Part shown: positions 35,428-49,239 of the stretch, piece by piece | How the letters are laid out: each line of letters begins with the position of its first letter | How positions within the stretch are numbered: the stretch's first letter is position 1 | Assembly: GCA_973895155.1 (NCBI GenBank) | Contig: OZ316896.1 | Location: forward strand, 23,406,967 to 23,470,966 | Direction of reading: 5' to 3' | Origin: Marsupella aquatica | Lineage: Eukaryota > Plantae > Marchantiophyta | Length of the DNA stretch: 64,000 nt | The notes under the pieces: generated by a model | What the model saw: only the letters and a program-made list of their open reading frames with translations | Database searches by the model: none | Told to the model about the DNA's origin: nothing | Program-made: the position numbers and the translations under genes

Positions 35428-37846
35428 AACCCTTTCCACAGAAGATGTCATTAAGTGAAAAGATGTCATTGCCCAAAGCATGTCGTTTAGTAACAGATGT
35501 TGTTATGTAAAAGATTTCAATTACGGAAAAGATGTTGTGCAAAAGATGACAATTCACAAAAGAGGTATTTATGTAGAAGACATTGTTACACAAAAAATGA
35601 TGTTATGTAAAAGGTGTTGTCAGATGTGGTGGTCCCATCATCCATGAATCCCTAAACCCCGCCACCCGGCCCACAATAGTTTGGCCCCTAACCTGTTGTT
35701 ATTTCATTCAAATACATATTCAATTTTGCCAAGCATATTAGTACTCATGGAATGTACTCATTTCATGGGAGTAGCAAGGGGAGGGGTGAGCACACTCTCC
35801 TTGCATTGCATGGTACATGCAAGGGAAGGTGAAACATTGTCATGTTATAAATCATTGTTTGAAAACTATATTCATTTTTGGGGGAGGGGCCAGGCACACA
35901 CTAGTTCAGGGCATGCATGTTTAGATGCAGTGAAATTGAGTAAAAACCAAAACCAAGACAAGAACATGTTCCTTTTGGTACCCATTCTAAACTTCTCCTA
36001 AAATTTCCAACATTTTCATTTGAGTAATTATGGTTGAACTTTGTTACGGACTTGGGTATTTGTCTGCAATATTGTCTCGGATGACATGTAACACATGTTT
36101 CAATTTGAGAACAATTTGTATACAACTAGCCCAATGCCTGAAGTCAAGGTGGTAAAAAGATGCAGAGGAGAGAAAAGATGTCAAGGAGAGGAAAAGATGT
36201 CCAAGGGGAGGAAGAGAACTTGAGATGAGAAAACATGGTAAAAAAAAGGAAAGATGGCGACATGAAAAAAGCATGTATAGGTCAGATTACAATGTTCAGG
36301 CGAGGAAAAGGTGTCGAGGTGAGAAAATATATAAAGGAGAGAAAAGACGTCCCCAAAATGATGTTGAGGTCAGGGAAATACGTCAAGGAGAGAATCAATG
36401 TCGAGGGTGAAAAAACGATGTTGTGATGAGACAAATATGTCAAGACGAGAAAAAGACGAGGTAATGAGAAAAATATGTGAAGGCAAGGAAAAGATGTTGA
36501 GGAGAGAAAAGTATGTCGAGATTAGAAAATATGTCAAAGCGAGACACCCCTCTAGTATATAGTCTTTGGGGGACCCGCTCCATGGAATGCCCAGGCTTTC
36601 TGGTCTTTTTTGTGGGCTTTCTACCAGTAGTGCTCTAAAAAGACCAGTTGGCCATGAAAATAATACAAAAGAAATCAATCTTAGTGTTTATGTTGATTTG
36701 AAATCACTTGGAGCCCAGATAGTGCAGTGCTGTCAATCTCAAACTGTGCTGGCATCAATCTGAACACCATTCACCCCGCCAGTATCAATTTCTTGGCACC
36801 CAACTTAACCCACCTCCTGTTCTTGTCAAGAACAGGATGACAACAAGTGAGATGTCACTTCCAAGAGTTTTTTTTAATTAGATTTAAACATCCTTCCTAT
36901 CAAGTGATTGGTCCACTTTGGCTTTACATGAAGTTGTTGAGAGGTCACTTGTAGTGGAGTCCTCCCAATCCTACATGGACTGGAGTGGGTCCCACAAAAT
37001 GATTACATGGAGAGTGTAAGTTTGCCAAAGTTTGAAAGGATCTCTCTGTCTCTTCTCATGTTGTCATACAGTATCAAATGCATTACTCTACCATTGTTTT
37101 GGTCAGGAGACAGTCTAAGTAAATGCACCTCTAGATCAGCTCCTCTGGAAACCTCAACCTCCAACCCTCAACCCCAACCCAAGCTCTCAACACTCCTCTG
37201 TCTCCTAAACTCTAAACCAAACCCTCAAACTTCAACACCAAGCTAAACTCTCAACAATCCTTTGTCTAATTAGTTCAAACCCTTAAATTCCAATCCCAAC
37301 TTGGGGGTCTCAGTATATGGAGCCCCCTCCATCAACTGCTGCCACTCACATTTGTTCGGCATTAATGGCAGGGTAGGAATAGACACTAGCCAAAAGGGCC
37401 AGCTCTCTTCTTATGTATCCCCTCTTGAATCTGCCCACAATCTTCTCAAATTTTACTAAGTCCTTGTGCTTATAATTATTCTTTACTTGACTTAAAGTGT
37501 GAATTTAGTCCGAGAGATAAATTTTGCTTGGCCAATTTGTCCATTGAAGCACCAGGCATCAGTCTTTAGGGAGTAACCACAAGGCAAAGGGGCCAACTCT
37601 CTCATTTATCCCCTCTCCCTTCTGCACTTCACAAACTTTGCAAAATTGACAGTACAATGTTCTTAGAGCTGTTCTTTAGTTGACTTCGATATAGTGTGAA
37701 TTTGCGATAGAGGGATAAATTCGGTTTGGCCAATCTGAGTCTATTGAAGCACCAGGCATTACTCACTACTTGGGCAATACGGATTGGAACAGATAGACAA
37801 ATGGGGATTGCTCCCGAGTCACCTTCGAACACAACCTTCAATCTGG

Positions 37847-39679
37847 TCACCAGTAATCGCCACAAGAGCATATGCCACCTTTGAAATGATGAAAACGATT
37901 GGCATCCCTGGCTATAATCTCACGTCCAGTCACCTTCGAGATAAACTTGGTTGCGGTATGACAATCTGAACACACCCGAAGGTTCTTCCATACACGAATT
38001 GGTTTTCCCCGAGGTATGTGCAAATGTCCGTAAGCAATAGCCAACTTCTCACTATGAGAGCAAAGAGCTAGTTCTTTATCCTCCTCATTGATATCATGCA
38101 ACACAAGTCGGGTATCCGGAATGTAGCCTTCAGCCTTCAGTGTTTCAGTCAATTTATTGAGCTCAGTATATATCGCCCTCGCTTCTGGGTGAGATCTATC
38201 CCCTACAGCAAATTTATGGATCTTCTTATCAACTTCGATAAAGCTACGCCCTGGCTCCTTCCGAAGGCCTCTGTCTTGCATCATGGTGCGCACCAATGAC
38301 TTCTTCTGTCGCTTACCAGCTGCAGCGTAGATATTAGACAGGAGCACCCTATGCAGAGGCATTATTGGGGTCCAACTTGAAAAGCTCCTGAGCGGCAAGT
38401 TCGCCCAACTCCACATTACTGTGAGTTCTACAAGCCCCAAGCAAGGCTGTCCAAGTGACTGTATTTGGTTCCATTAGCATGTCAGTCATGAAGAGCTCTG
38501 CTTCCTCCAAGTGTCCAGTCCTCCCAAGCAGATCCACCATGCAGTTATAATGCTCAATCTCAGGCTCGATGCCATAATCCTGCGTCATAGCTGAGAAGAC
38601 TCTACGGCCATCATCAACAAGGCCTCCGTGACAACAGGCTGACAAAACTGCCACGAATGAATACACGTTGGGGTTCACACCGTCTGCGGTCATTTTTCTG
38701 AAGACGTTCAGGGCTTCATTCCACCCATGTTGTGCAAGTCCACCGATCATTACAGTCCATGTGACTACATCGCGTTTCTCCACTCTGGCAAGAACAAGTC
38801 GGGCGTCATCTATACTGCCACTCTCTGCATACATGTGAACGAGTGCACTGCCCACACGCAAATCCGACTCCAGTCCGGCTTTTCTAGCGTGACCATGAAC
38901 CTCCTTCACCCACTCCAAAGCCCCCGCACTTGCAGATGCATTCAGGATGCTCACATAAGTGATGTCATTTGGTTCGAAGCCTTGGCGTCGCGTTTCAAGA
39001 AACATTCGATATGCCTCATGCCCACATCCATGTTGTGCAAGTCCTCCTATCATTACATTACATGCGATTACATCGCGTTTCTCCATTCTGTCAAAAACAA
39101 GTCGGGCGTCATCTATACTGCCACTCTCTGCATACATGTGAACGAGTGCAATGCCCACACGCAAATCCGACTCCAGTCCGGCTTTGCTAGCGTGGCCATG
39201 AACCTCCTTCACCCACTTCGAGTGCAGATTCAACATGATCACTTCTAGCGTATCCTGCAATCATGCTGGTCCAAGTAATAACACTCTTCTTCTGAATTTG
39301 ATCAAAAACTCTACGTGCATCCGATAATCCTCCGCATTTGATATACACATTCAACAGCGTGATTACCACATTTCTTATCAACTCCACTCTCGATGATGCA
39401 ATCATGAATTTGCTTGACTACTGACAGATCTTTCTGATGCAAGAGCATTTGCAGAACTTTAACATATGTGTACGAGTCTGTAGGAATGCCTCGCTGTAGA
39501 CGATCTTTCAAAACAGCAATTGTTTCATGCCTGGCAGTCCCTTTTGTCGTGACTTGAGACCGATCTCTCGTGCCATAACTAACATGAGATTGAAATCTGC
39601 AGTGAGTAATCACATTCGCCCTTGGCTTAACCCATGCAGGAGTTGACCATCCATCCACCCAAAGTACTTTCCTTGTCAT
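37847..39679 (-). pseudogene. PLS-class PPR protein with E and DYW deaminase domains (RNA-editing factor type), frameshifted
   Basis: PLS repeats (ALVHMYAESGSIDDARLVF), HSEKLA, CSDCH and CSCGDYW* are spread over four ORFs with frame breaks near 39375, 39222 and 38349. Confidence 0.88.
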
Positions 39680-42600
39680 CTTATGATTGAACTCAAGTGC
39701 TCTGGGCTTCGTCTGTCAGCACCACAACCCACGATCAGATCTGGTACCAGGATAAAATCCACGACATTCCACGCAGTGCAATGAATTTGAAGTTATTTCT
39801 TGAGGACTATGTTTCCCAACGATCTTTCTACAATGAATGTTCAGATATAGATAGCAGACCGGTAAGTCTAGGGAGTTCGAGGGTGCATTCCTACCTCTGT
39901 CCATATATGTATTTTCTTGTCTCCCTTGCTCCGCTGTGATATTTGGTAAAGATAACTTGCAAAAGTTGTATGACTCCTTTTCAGCTGAGAGTAACGGCTA
40001 TCTGTCAAGAATGCAATGATCTTAGAATACTGAAATAATTGTGAAAGGCAGATATAGGTAGCTCAAGTATCAATTAGCTTGTTCATACTCTTGTTATTCA
40101 CTGTAACCACAGAAAGGACAGAGTCAACAGAATATCGAAGTTGCACTAAAAACCTTCAGGCAGGAGTCGCATGTTATCGTTGAGGTTTGCATAGGATAGA
40201 CTCTTATGACACATTGACAGGCGTTCAGTTCTACGTTTCCTCCACTGTCCTTTCTATTCTATACACAACCAGAATCTCAGGTTTTTGAAAAGCGACTACA
40301 ATTCACAAAAAACCCTAGCCAGCATCTGTAGATTGGCTCTAGAGAATCCTTAATTAGACACAAATGACATGAATGGGAAAGCGCTACCCGTCCTTCTCCT
40401 ACAATTCAGAACTAAAGCATATGCAGCATTCTTTAAATTGGCTCTTATACAATCCATCGAGAGACACATATGACATGAAAGTGACAGCGCCTCCCGCCCC
40501 CTCGCCCAAGCATCAAACTTCAAGTTCAATTAAAGTCTTCATCACACAAGCCCCATAGCAGGAAGTTCACGCAATATAAATGTCACCGTGGTGCTGGAAC
40601 AAGACTTTCTGTTTAAAAGTAGGTACGGATAACGTTGAAATCGCTCTTCAGTCTCATTACCTGAAGGCCTTGTACAAGAACAATGGCTGATATCCATACC
40701 AATCAAACCGGAAGATGACGGATGAACTCTGCAAATCAGACGTCTTTGTTGAGAATGCATTCAAGGTCGTTTGATCACATCATAATCCAACAAATGACAT
40801 GCATACAAAATCAATCATACCTGGCTGTGGAGTGCAGCCTAACGTGTTCCATATCCCAAATTTCCATCGAGTCAGATCCGTTTCCGTGCCCGGAATAGAG
40901 CTTAATGGTACAGTGAGAGATATGATCTTACCTGTTTAACAAACGTTCCAATCAGTCTAAGTAGTGCAATCTTGCAGAGCCCTCAAATTTCAAGTCTCAT
41001 CTTTCCTTCCCCTTGGACTAAGGAAACAAATTCACTAGGTGAAGGCTCTCTTGGTGAAGGCAGAGGAATCTCAGCTCAACGTAAGAGTTGGAGGAACCCC
41101 TAGAAGCATAGCAGTAGCAGTATCTTCTCCAGGATCACGTCGTCCTCCTTCATTAAGAATTTAGAACTAAGAAGTGCTGTACACTTCCAAGAATTCCAAC
41201 TCAAGATCAATGTGAGAGCTCAGCACTACTGCAAAACCAGGAACAAACTTATCTCGGCCGACAGGCTGAATGACAGTTCCTGCGCAGAAGACTTGGTATA
41301 TCCCAACTTTGTAAAGCGCTTGTCTTCTTCTCACGCCCTTTCACAACTCAATATTGGAGGGCCACCAATATTGCTTCGTGGCCCTCCAACCTAAGTACAG
41401 TTAACCCGAAGTTGATACCTACAAATAGAAACCTCTTCCCCCCTCTTTTTGCCAATGGGTTTCCATCTAACTACAGTTAACCCGAGGTTGATACCTACAA
41501 ATCAAAACCTCTTCCCCCCTTCCTATTTTTAATGCACAGTAAACATTTAAAAGCTCCATGAATGCTTTGGTGATCTACCATTTCAAACTGCAATTCCCTC
41601 ACTCCATTTTCACAGAATCACAATTTTGCAGGGTCGAAAACCTTCGCATGATTGAATAAAAACCTTAGTAGCATGACTCTTGGGGTTAAAACCTTAGTAG
41701 CATGACTCTTGGGGTTTTTTCTCAGTCAAGTTCAAATGCACCAAGATGTGAGCACTTAGAGGTAGGAGAACTTCTCGGTTGGTTTAAGTATTGTAAATAG
41801 TAAAGAATAATCTGCAATTCCCTTGTATATCATCTGAGTAAAGTTGGCTGCAAAGCCTAGCTTGTAGAGTGTATGATTGATGTATTGTGTACGCCCGTGT
41901 GTACATGGTTGAGTGCAATGCTTAAGTCGGCTACAATCAGTATGGAAGGTATCTGAGTTCTTTGTGTGTGTGACATTTGAGTTCTGATTCGAAACTGCCC
42001 ATTCAATTCCAGGAGTTAGTCAGAGAGAGTGCTGGTTAGTCGGGTGGAGTGTGGCAGTCTGAAAAGTTCCTCACTTGATTTGAGTTTTCAAGCCGAATGG
42101 GTACATTTTGGTGGCAAAATCCAAACATACCAGAGTAAGTCAAAAATGATTACCCCGAGGATTACTGTAGTTGTCACCACCATATTCATAACCCCCAACC
42201 AAGAAACCTTCGAGGTAAATGTAGTAAAAAGTGCGATTCTCTATCACTCAGCTCATAGTTAATGACATAGAGCAACCCTATTCCAACTGGAAGAGGCCTG
42301 TTCCCGGTGTTTTCCTTGGGTTTAACCAAGAAAATTGCACCACAATGAACTAGATTTTCCTTTATCCATGACATAAGTATCACCCTTGACAAGACTTCCT
42401 TTCCCCCGCAAGACTTTTTTTTTCCTCTTGGCCTGATGACAATTTTGTGCCTCTATGACTTCCTTGCCACACTTGCATTTCTTTGCCTCACCTTTGCATT
42501 TTTTTGCCATGCATGAGTATTGTTGCACCAATGACACCATAGCTTCAATAATTGCATGGTGAGAATAATGTCATACAAAACATCGGCATTGGGTTGTCAA

Positions 42601-44965
42601 GCACATGGCCTCACATTTGTATTTATTAAACATCTAACGCAATCTACCTTCATTGAGATGATTGACTTCTATTGTGATATTTTCTGTATACTGAATTTGC
42701 ACACCCGATAACATGATCGCAAGGGACGCATGGCCATAACAACACCATGGTCGCAACAACTACATGGATGAGAAAACAACATGGCTGCAATGACCGCATG
42801 ACCACAATGACCCCATGGCTGCAACAATAACATGACTACAACAACCACATGGCCGCAACAACATTATAACCACAACAATAATTGAATGTGCAGGCCCAGG
42901 CATTAGAACAACCACTTGGCTGCAATGGCCACATGACCGTGATGCCAACATGGCACACTAACATATTAGATGCCTCAATTGCTGTAGCGTTCTGACCCCA
43001 AGCAGGGGTCCAATTACTTCTTTTCTCCCTTGGTAGCCCTTGTCACCCGCTTTGAAACACACCTATTAGCTCCTTGCAATCACTTATGGATCTCAGATAT
43101 GGTCCCTTACAGATCTCAACCATGGGGTTTAAATGGCCAAAAGACAGTTTGAAAGATTAAATACAAAGATGATATTTGATACCCCCAACTCAAACGCCCA
43201 CCAAAGTTGTCATATTCCAAATGCCACCATGACTTCTCATTCCCCCCATCTCATGGTTATTTATTCCCCCCTCTTCAGCCACCTGTGATTTGGCAGTTTG
43301 GGCCATTCCCACCACTTTTCATATCCCGGCCCCCTCTACCAGACTATCTTTATCTCCTTGAAACCTCCAAGCCAGTAATTACCTCCCTCCCAAGTAGTTT
43401 GGCAATGTCTCGAGTCTATTTTATTATCCTTTTCCTCCACATTAGAGCACATTTTTAAAAAAAATTGGTTTAATTTTTTTGTCTGTTATCATGTAAGGAT
43501 TGTCTAGTAATTTATAGTCAATCCACCAGTCAAGATCCAGGATAGCTTGATCCAGGATAGCTTTTAGAGGACGCAAAATTTAATTGATTCAGGATAGGAT
43601 CCTGACAAGTTTAGAAGACGCAAAATCTATTTGTTTCTTGACATTCAAAAATATGAATATGAGCTGTGGACTAGTACTGAATTACATTGCTTGCCAGTTT
43701 AGAATGAAAGTGGACCAATGTGTTTAGTTTAGAAGTTGAGAAAGATTTCAACTAACAACAAGTAGGAGCTCCAGCATAGGTGTGCATCTTAGGTACAGGG
43801 CATTTCCAACCCTTACTGAAAGGTCTTTACACTAACTGGGTAAGGCTTACCCTAATGACTTATTGGACAAGCAGCAAAACATTAAAATTCTCACACAAGC
43901 CAATATTTTACATATGAAGTCATGCTACATGATTCTCACAGTGGATCAATGATTGAGAATGAATCCTTCTCTTGTTTCATTATCTTAATTGTTATCCAAG
44001 TTTGAATCTTGCGCTAAAGACTATGTGTTATCTGAGCATGTTAACAAGGCCCTTTCTTCATAGTCATTTATCAAGTGCTTTCAGCTGTCTCACGAGTGAT
44101 ATGGCACATTCCACAAATTCTAGCATTGATAAGAAATTCATTAGAAAGATCTGACGGATGTGAATGGGTGAAGTGAATTTTTTCAGAATTTTCTAGATTT
44201 GCAAGAGTCTCTAACTGGACCTAAATAAGGGCGCTTTTTCACCTGGCTTGGATGGGCCTAACACCAAAATAATTTGAAATTCTGCACATCTTTCTTGGTA
44301 CAATAAGAGCTTGATTGTATTTCTGCAAAAGTGGTATTCCACAGGAGTTAGAAGTGCGAATATGATACAATTACTCCGTAAATGATATCATCTAAGGAAG
44401 CAAATTATTTGCTACCTTTCGATGTTTGAATCTACCTCGGTTACGCGCATCTTTGCCAACTCCTTTGGTGATGACCGAGGAGCCGGTCTGCATAAGAATA
44501 CGAACCTTTGGTATACAACTGGTCTGTTTGGCATAGACGGTAGTATGGAGGATTTTGCGAGCAGACTGGCCAGGAATTTTAAGGTGGTGAATCGCGGCAT
44601 GTTTAATTGATCGACTGCGGATCAGGAGGCCTTACACCGCGGTTGCGGGATTTGGGATTGCATTTTGGTAATCTAGGGTGTGGTGGATGGTGAGTTTCAC
44701 GGCCTTGTACCGTAGTTTTCACCCTTGTGGTGCTCTTTCCTCTGTCGCTTCCTCTGTTGCTACGATTTGTGTCAACCGAAGGTTTCGTTTCTGCTTGTGA
44801 TTGGACTTTGTGCTTCCTTTGTTATGACTTGCGTTTGTGGCTGTCTATGCTTGTTTTGATAGCATAGAACTTAAGGAAGCGAATTGTCTTATTGTTCAGC
44901 TTGCAAGATTCAATGGCGGGTACTTAAGGAAGCGAATTGTATTATTGTTCAGCCTGCAAGATTCA

Positions 44966-47057
44966 ATGGCGGGTTCTCAAGAAGACAGTATTCTGGACCT
45001 GCTTCGACCTACCATTCTTGACCAAGCAGATCTACGATACATTGCTGCGCAACTAGACTTCCACAAGGTCTCAGTACCTGCGTTGCTGATGTTTTCAGAG
45101 GACAGACTCGAACGCCTCATTGATAAACTGTGTCCAGACGCATCTGAGGGAGCAAAATGTGGAGTCGAGGCGGCAGTTCTGCTTCGAAAGGAAACCTCTA
45201 CGCATGGTAATTCCAACAGAATTTCACAGCAATATATTTCGTCTCAGTGTCTTCTGGTTCTGGTTTGTTTTTTCGTTGAGTTTATTCCTCAGAACTCGCC
45301 TAATTGGCTGCACCTAATTTGTTTCTTTGCCGAAAAGTGATCAAGATATAGGGCATCATCGACAGCAGCTGTCGCTCTTGCTCTGGCATTTGTTTGGAAA
45401 GTACTGTTGCAATAACAGGTGTCCTGTGTCTTCCTGCTTTGCCGAACCGATAAAGCATTTGTGCCGGAATCGTGCCAAATTTGTAGGGCTCATTGCTCGA
45501 GTGATTATTGGATGACTTTCCTGTTTTTCTCATCCTCTTCAACACTTAGAGACCGATGTGTATGCAGAGGGAGCTCGACCTTCAAAGAAAGCAAAATTCC
45601 TGTCCTCGGAAGAAAGAATTTCTGCTAGAAGTAGCTATTTTGGGAAACTGTTGGAACCCCCTGCTGAGCTCCCCGTAAGTGTCAATCAACTGAAGGAGTT
45701 TTTGTCCCTGACACCAGTAAAGCTCCCAGTACTCTATGAGCTAACTAACGAGAACTTGGGCCAGCCTAATCTGGTGGTACTTGATACTTCCGAAGGGGCG
45801 AGTCAATTGGCACCTTTTTGTGAAACTGTGTTCCGATTGATGAAACATTCCCTTCCAGACAACGAGGCCACCAGCTCAACTGAATTGTGTATTCTCACTG
45901 GACACTTCCTCAGATTGTTAAATGACATAGCTCCAGAAAGCAAACAATTACTAAGTTTGCAATTTAGACAGGATTCAGCCAATCGCACGACTGCTAGTGC
46001 AGCATCGCAACCACTGGAACCGCTATTAAGACCAGATTTTCAGCTGTTTGTGAAAGATTGTCTCATTCTCCGATGGGAGAATAAGATAAACGACACACTT
46101 CTGGCAGAGGCTGTAGATGAGAACAGGTCCAAATTAAAGTCATGGAGCCCTCTGTTCTATGGTAAGCTCCCTTATGTGATTGGTGGTGGCTGCGCTGGAA
46201 GGCGGTTTCAATGGTTGAAGCTCTCTCCGATAGGCAAGGAAATTGTTCATGATTTAATCTCAGACGAATTTGACTTGAATTTGCCGTCCGGTGTAGCCAA
46301 GTTCCTACATAGCACCGTTCGGATGCACTGTCTCCTACAGAAACTACAGGAAAAAATCGATAATGAAATCCATGTGCAGTTGTATAAGCCAAAAGAAAAA
46401 GCTGGTGTTGTAGTGACGATCCATCCTGACTGCGTGACGAAGAAAATCCCAGGATTGAAGAAAGATGGGGTTACCGCGATAAAATTGCTGTATGATTCAA
46501 TCGCTGGTTCCAGGTACCTGATTCAACTTGTATCCAACCGATCATCCAGGGGTGGAACAGTATTGCAACTACAACCTGTGGGTGACCCGTTCGCACAGCC
46601 TAGGGATTGCAAGGATTTGGGAAATGCCACGCATGACATGTTACACGGCCTTGCGGACTTGCACGGCAAAGGCTACACCCACAGGGATTTAAGATGGGAC
46701 AACTGCATCAAGGTAAATGATAAGAGTCACTGGAAATGGGTGATCATAGACTTGGAAGCTGCTGGACCCGACAATGAAGTATGGGTTGATGAATGGTTAT
46801 TGGGTTGGGATGCGGAAACGTTGGAAGAAGACAATGACAAAAGGAAAAGATACACCAAAGGGTCGGACGTGTACCAACTCGGGAAACTTATAGCTGGATG
46901 GCTCAATAACTTTTCTGTAGGCGGTAAGGAAGAACGTCAAGTGATGAGATCCCTGGCAAAACAAATGCAGCAGGATCGTACAGCAGCATCGAAGGTGCTT
47001 GAGGATGTCTGCAAGAAAGGTTGCGAACGATGTCGCATGCTTGGCACAGAGCTGTAG
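44966..47057 (+). CDS. Two-exon Crinkler-type protein (~582 aa): SAM-like N-terminus, PD-(D/E)xK REase-like domain, kinase-like domain
   Basis: Exon 44966-45206, phase-consistent GT-AG intron 45207-45549, exon 45550-47057. Motifs RPDF...WENK, HRDLRWDN, IIDLE, SDVYQLG. Confidence 0.72.
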
Positions 47058-48499
47058 ACAGGATTCTGATACTCGTATCAGTAACTCATTGGAAGGTGAT
47101 CTGCTTTCCCTGAAATTAGTGTTCAATTCTCATCAGCACACTCACCTTGGATGGTTTACCCCTCGTTCTGCCCGTTGTTGTTACTCTAGATGACTACAAC
47201 TCGGTCACCTCTTGGGGACATTGCTCCCTTCAATCTCCAATGCACTTCACATGTATACGTTAGGTGGCAGGCATGATAGTGTTAATCTACTGTTTTCTGG
47301 TTTTGTTTGTCTGTTTCAATTAGTCTGAAAAGTACGTGCTTCTTGTGTCTCAGGCAATGTCAAGATCGGCTTCATGAGATTTGGGCCTGAAGGTATGTGC
47401 CAGCCCAGTAGCTCTAGCGTGGGGAAAACAAGTTCACGAGTATATTCGACAGGCTGGGTTTGTATCTTAGTCAAGACTGTTTCATGTCGTGCTTTCTTGT
47501 TATCGGCCGGCGATTTTGCATGTCATCCCTGAGTAACACTTCGTCTGCTTGGGTGTGTTATTGGCAGTGTATTTGAGATAATGTTCAGTACTACTTCTAA
47601 ATGAATCGGGAAATCCTTTTCACCTGACTGGGAGGTGATGATGGGTCCTACAGAAGACTTTGTCTGCGTAATCTAGAAAGAGAGGATTCCTAGCATTTGC
47701 AGTGCCGTGACCATTCGATTGAATGAATCCTTTAATTTCACCTGATGACCAAACTTCTTGCTGGGAGATGGGCTTAGAATAGAAGCAATGGAGAAAATCT
47801 TAAATTCCTCAAAATTGTAAATCAGTCCCTGCTGTGCACGGTTCAATCACATCGTGGGATGACCCTCGTTAGGATCACGTGTGTTCGGTAGTTTGCCTTT
47901 TCCTTCCAACTCCCCCTAAGAACTCATTCGTACTGCTCGCAGATGCCAAGATTTCTACTACTAAAACTAGATTCCACAGGCGTCGGATTGGTCCGAACTT
48001 CCGATATGACCATGTCCTTGATATTTCTTCGATCTATGTATTTCCAGTCTTGATCTCGAGGGATATAGAGAAGACTATGGGAGGTCGAGGAGGAGGGTGG
48101 AGAAATTTTGCTGCGAGGTGGATCTTTGTTCCACAAAAGATCATATAGTTATCACATTGGGAATTTATAGATGAAGTGATCTTGCTTGAGATGTAGCCAA
48201 AACCATAAGCAGGTGAACTGTAAAGTTGTATTTTATATGCAAACTCTGTCGAGAAGCGTCTCCTGGAATATTATACTAAACAAGTCCTACGCTCAGTATC
48301 AACACTTGTAGAAAACCAGTCGTGAAGTCCAGTGTCAATATAAGTACACTCTTGTCAACGCTGCTCAGAAAAATGCCAACACCTGAAAATGCAAGTAACG
48401 ATTATGCAATATAAAGTTCAAAGCACTTTGTCTTGGTCATCATTTGGTTGCATGAACAAGGCAGAGACTTCACAGACGGACCAATTGTAATAACAACAC

Positions 48500-49239
48500 G
48501 ACAGGTCCAATCTGTCCCAAGCAGAAATTAACCACTCCATGGAGGGGCCTTGGCTTGAGAGACCAATGGACTGTCCTTGGTCCAAAACCCATTGCTTATC
48601 GACCTGGGTTTTAAAGGAAGTAGCAATCCAGCTAAAGGGGTCTTTGGTCAAAACCCATTGCTTATCGACCTGGGTTTTGAAGGAAGTAGCAATCCAGCTA
48701 AAGGGATACATGCTGAAGGTACTGGGCAAAATTTTGTTTGGGGTGGATGCAGATTTGTTAGGATCCATAGTAGAGGAGGGATGGTATGTAGAGTTAATTG
48801 CATGGTCCTTAGAGCAATGAAGATTTCCCTCCCCAAAGCTATATGAGCAACGGTATTTTGCCATTTCCCGCTACATTTGGAGACGGGGTTTTGTTGACAA
48901 GACTTTGGTAGCTTCCTACCTTTAGTTACCTCACTCTCTTGCTCAGCCTTCTCTCCCGAATATTTTCTATGCAAACTTTCGTGCGGGCCTTCTCAGTAAA
49001 TTTTCAGCAGAAGATACAGGAGTTGAAGGGAGCAGAGCAGGCCAACATTGCAATCTACAATAAGGCCATAGCGGGTACCCAGAGGGCGGAGAAGGCACTG
49101 AAGGGAGAGCTCCATGATCTTTGCAAGGCCCATCACCAGAAGAATGTCGAGTTTGATAAGACCTATGGGGGCATTGCTCAGCTGAAGGAGGAGCTTGCAA
49201 CCCTCTTGGCCAATTTTCAAGCCGACCTACGTAGGAAGG
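48500..49239 (+). pseudogene. Old diverged relic of the LTR-encoded protein (target site of the element at 49240)
   Basis: QELKGAEQANIAIYNKAIAGTQRAEKALKGEL...QLKEELATLLANFQADLR aligns with QELKNTEEAHITANSRAMAETQRKEWALKGEL...LQQELASLTASFKADLR. The left boundary is approximate. Confidence 0.7.
48583..48705 (+). repeat. Direct duplication with 66-bp period (two copies)
   Basis: CAAAACCCATTGCTTATCGACC...GCTAAAGGGG at 48583 and 48649. Confidence 0.85.

Noticed and set aside
41395-42950. Short duplications and ACAAC/CATGG-rich low-complexity tracts
   Set aside because: Ordinary slippage or simple repeats with no structural signature.
40540-44610. Possible minus-strand exons (ATG 44600; donor-like sites near 40660, 40820, 40930)
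   Set aside because: I could not assemble a coherent coding model; they may be UTR exons or noise.
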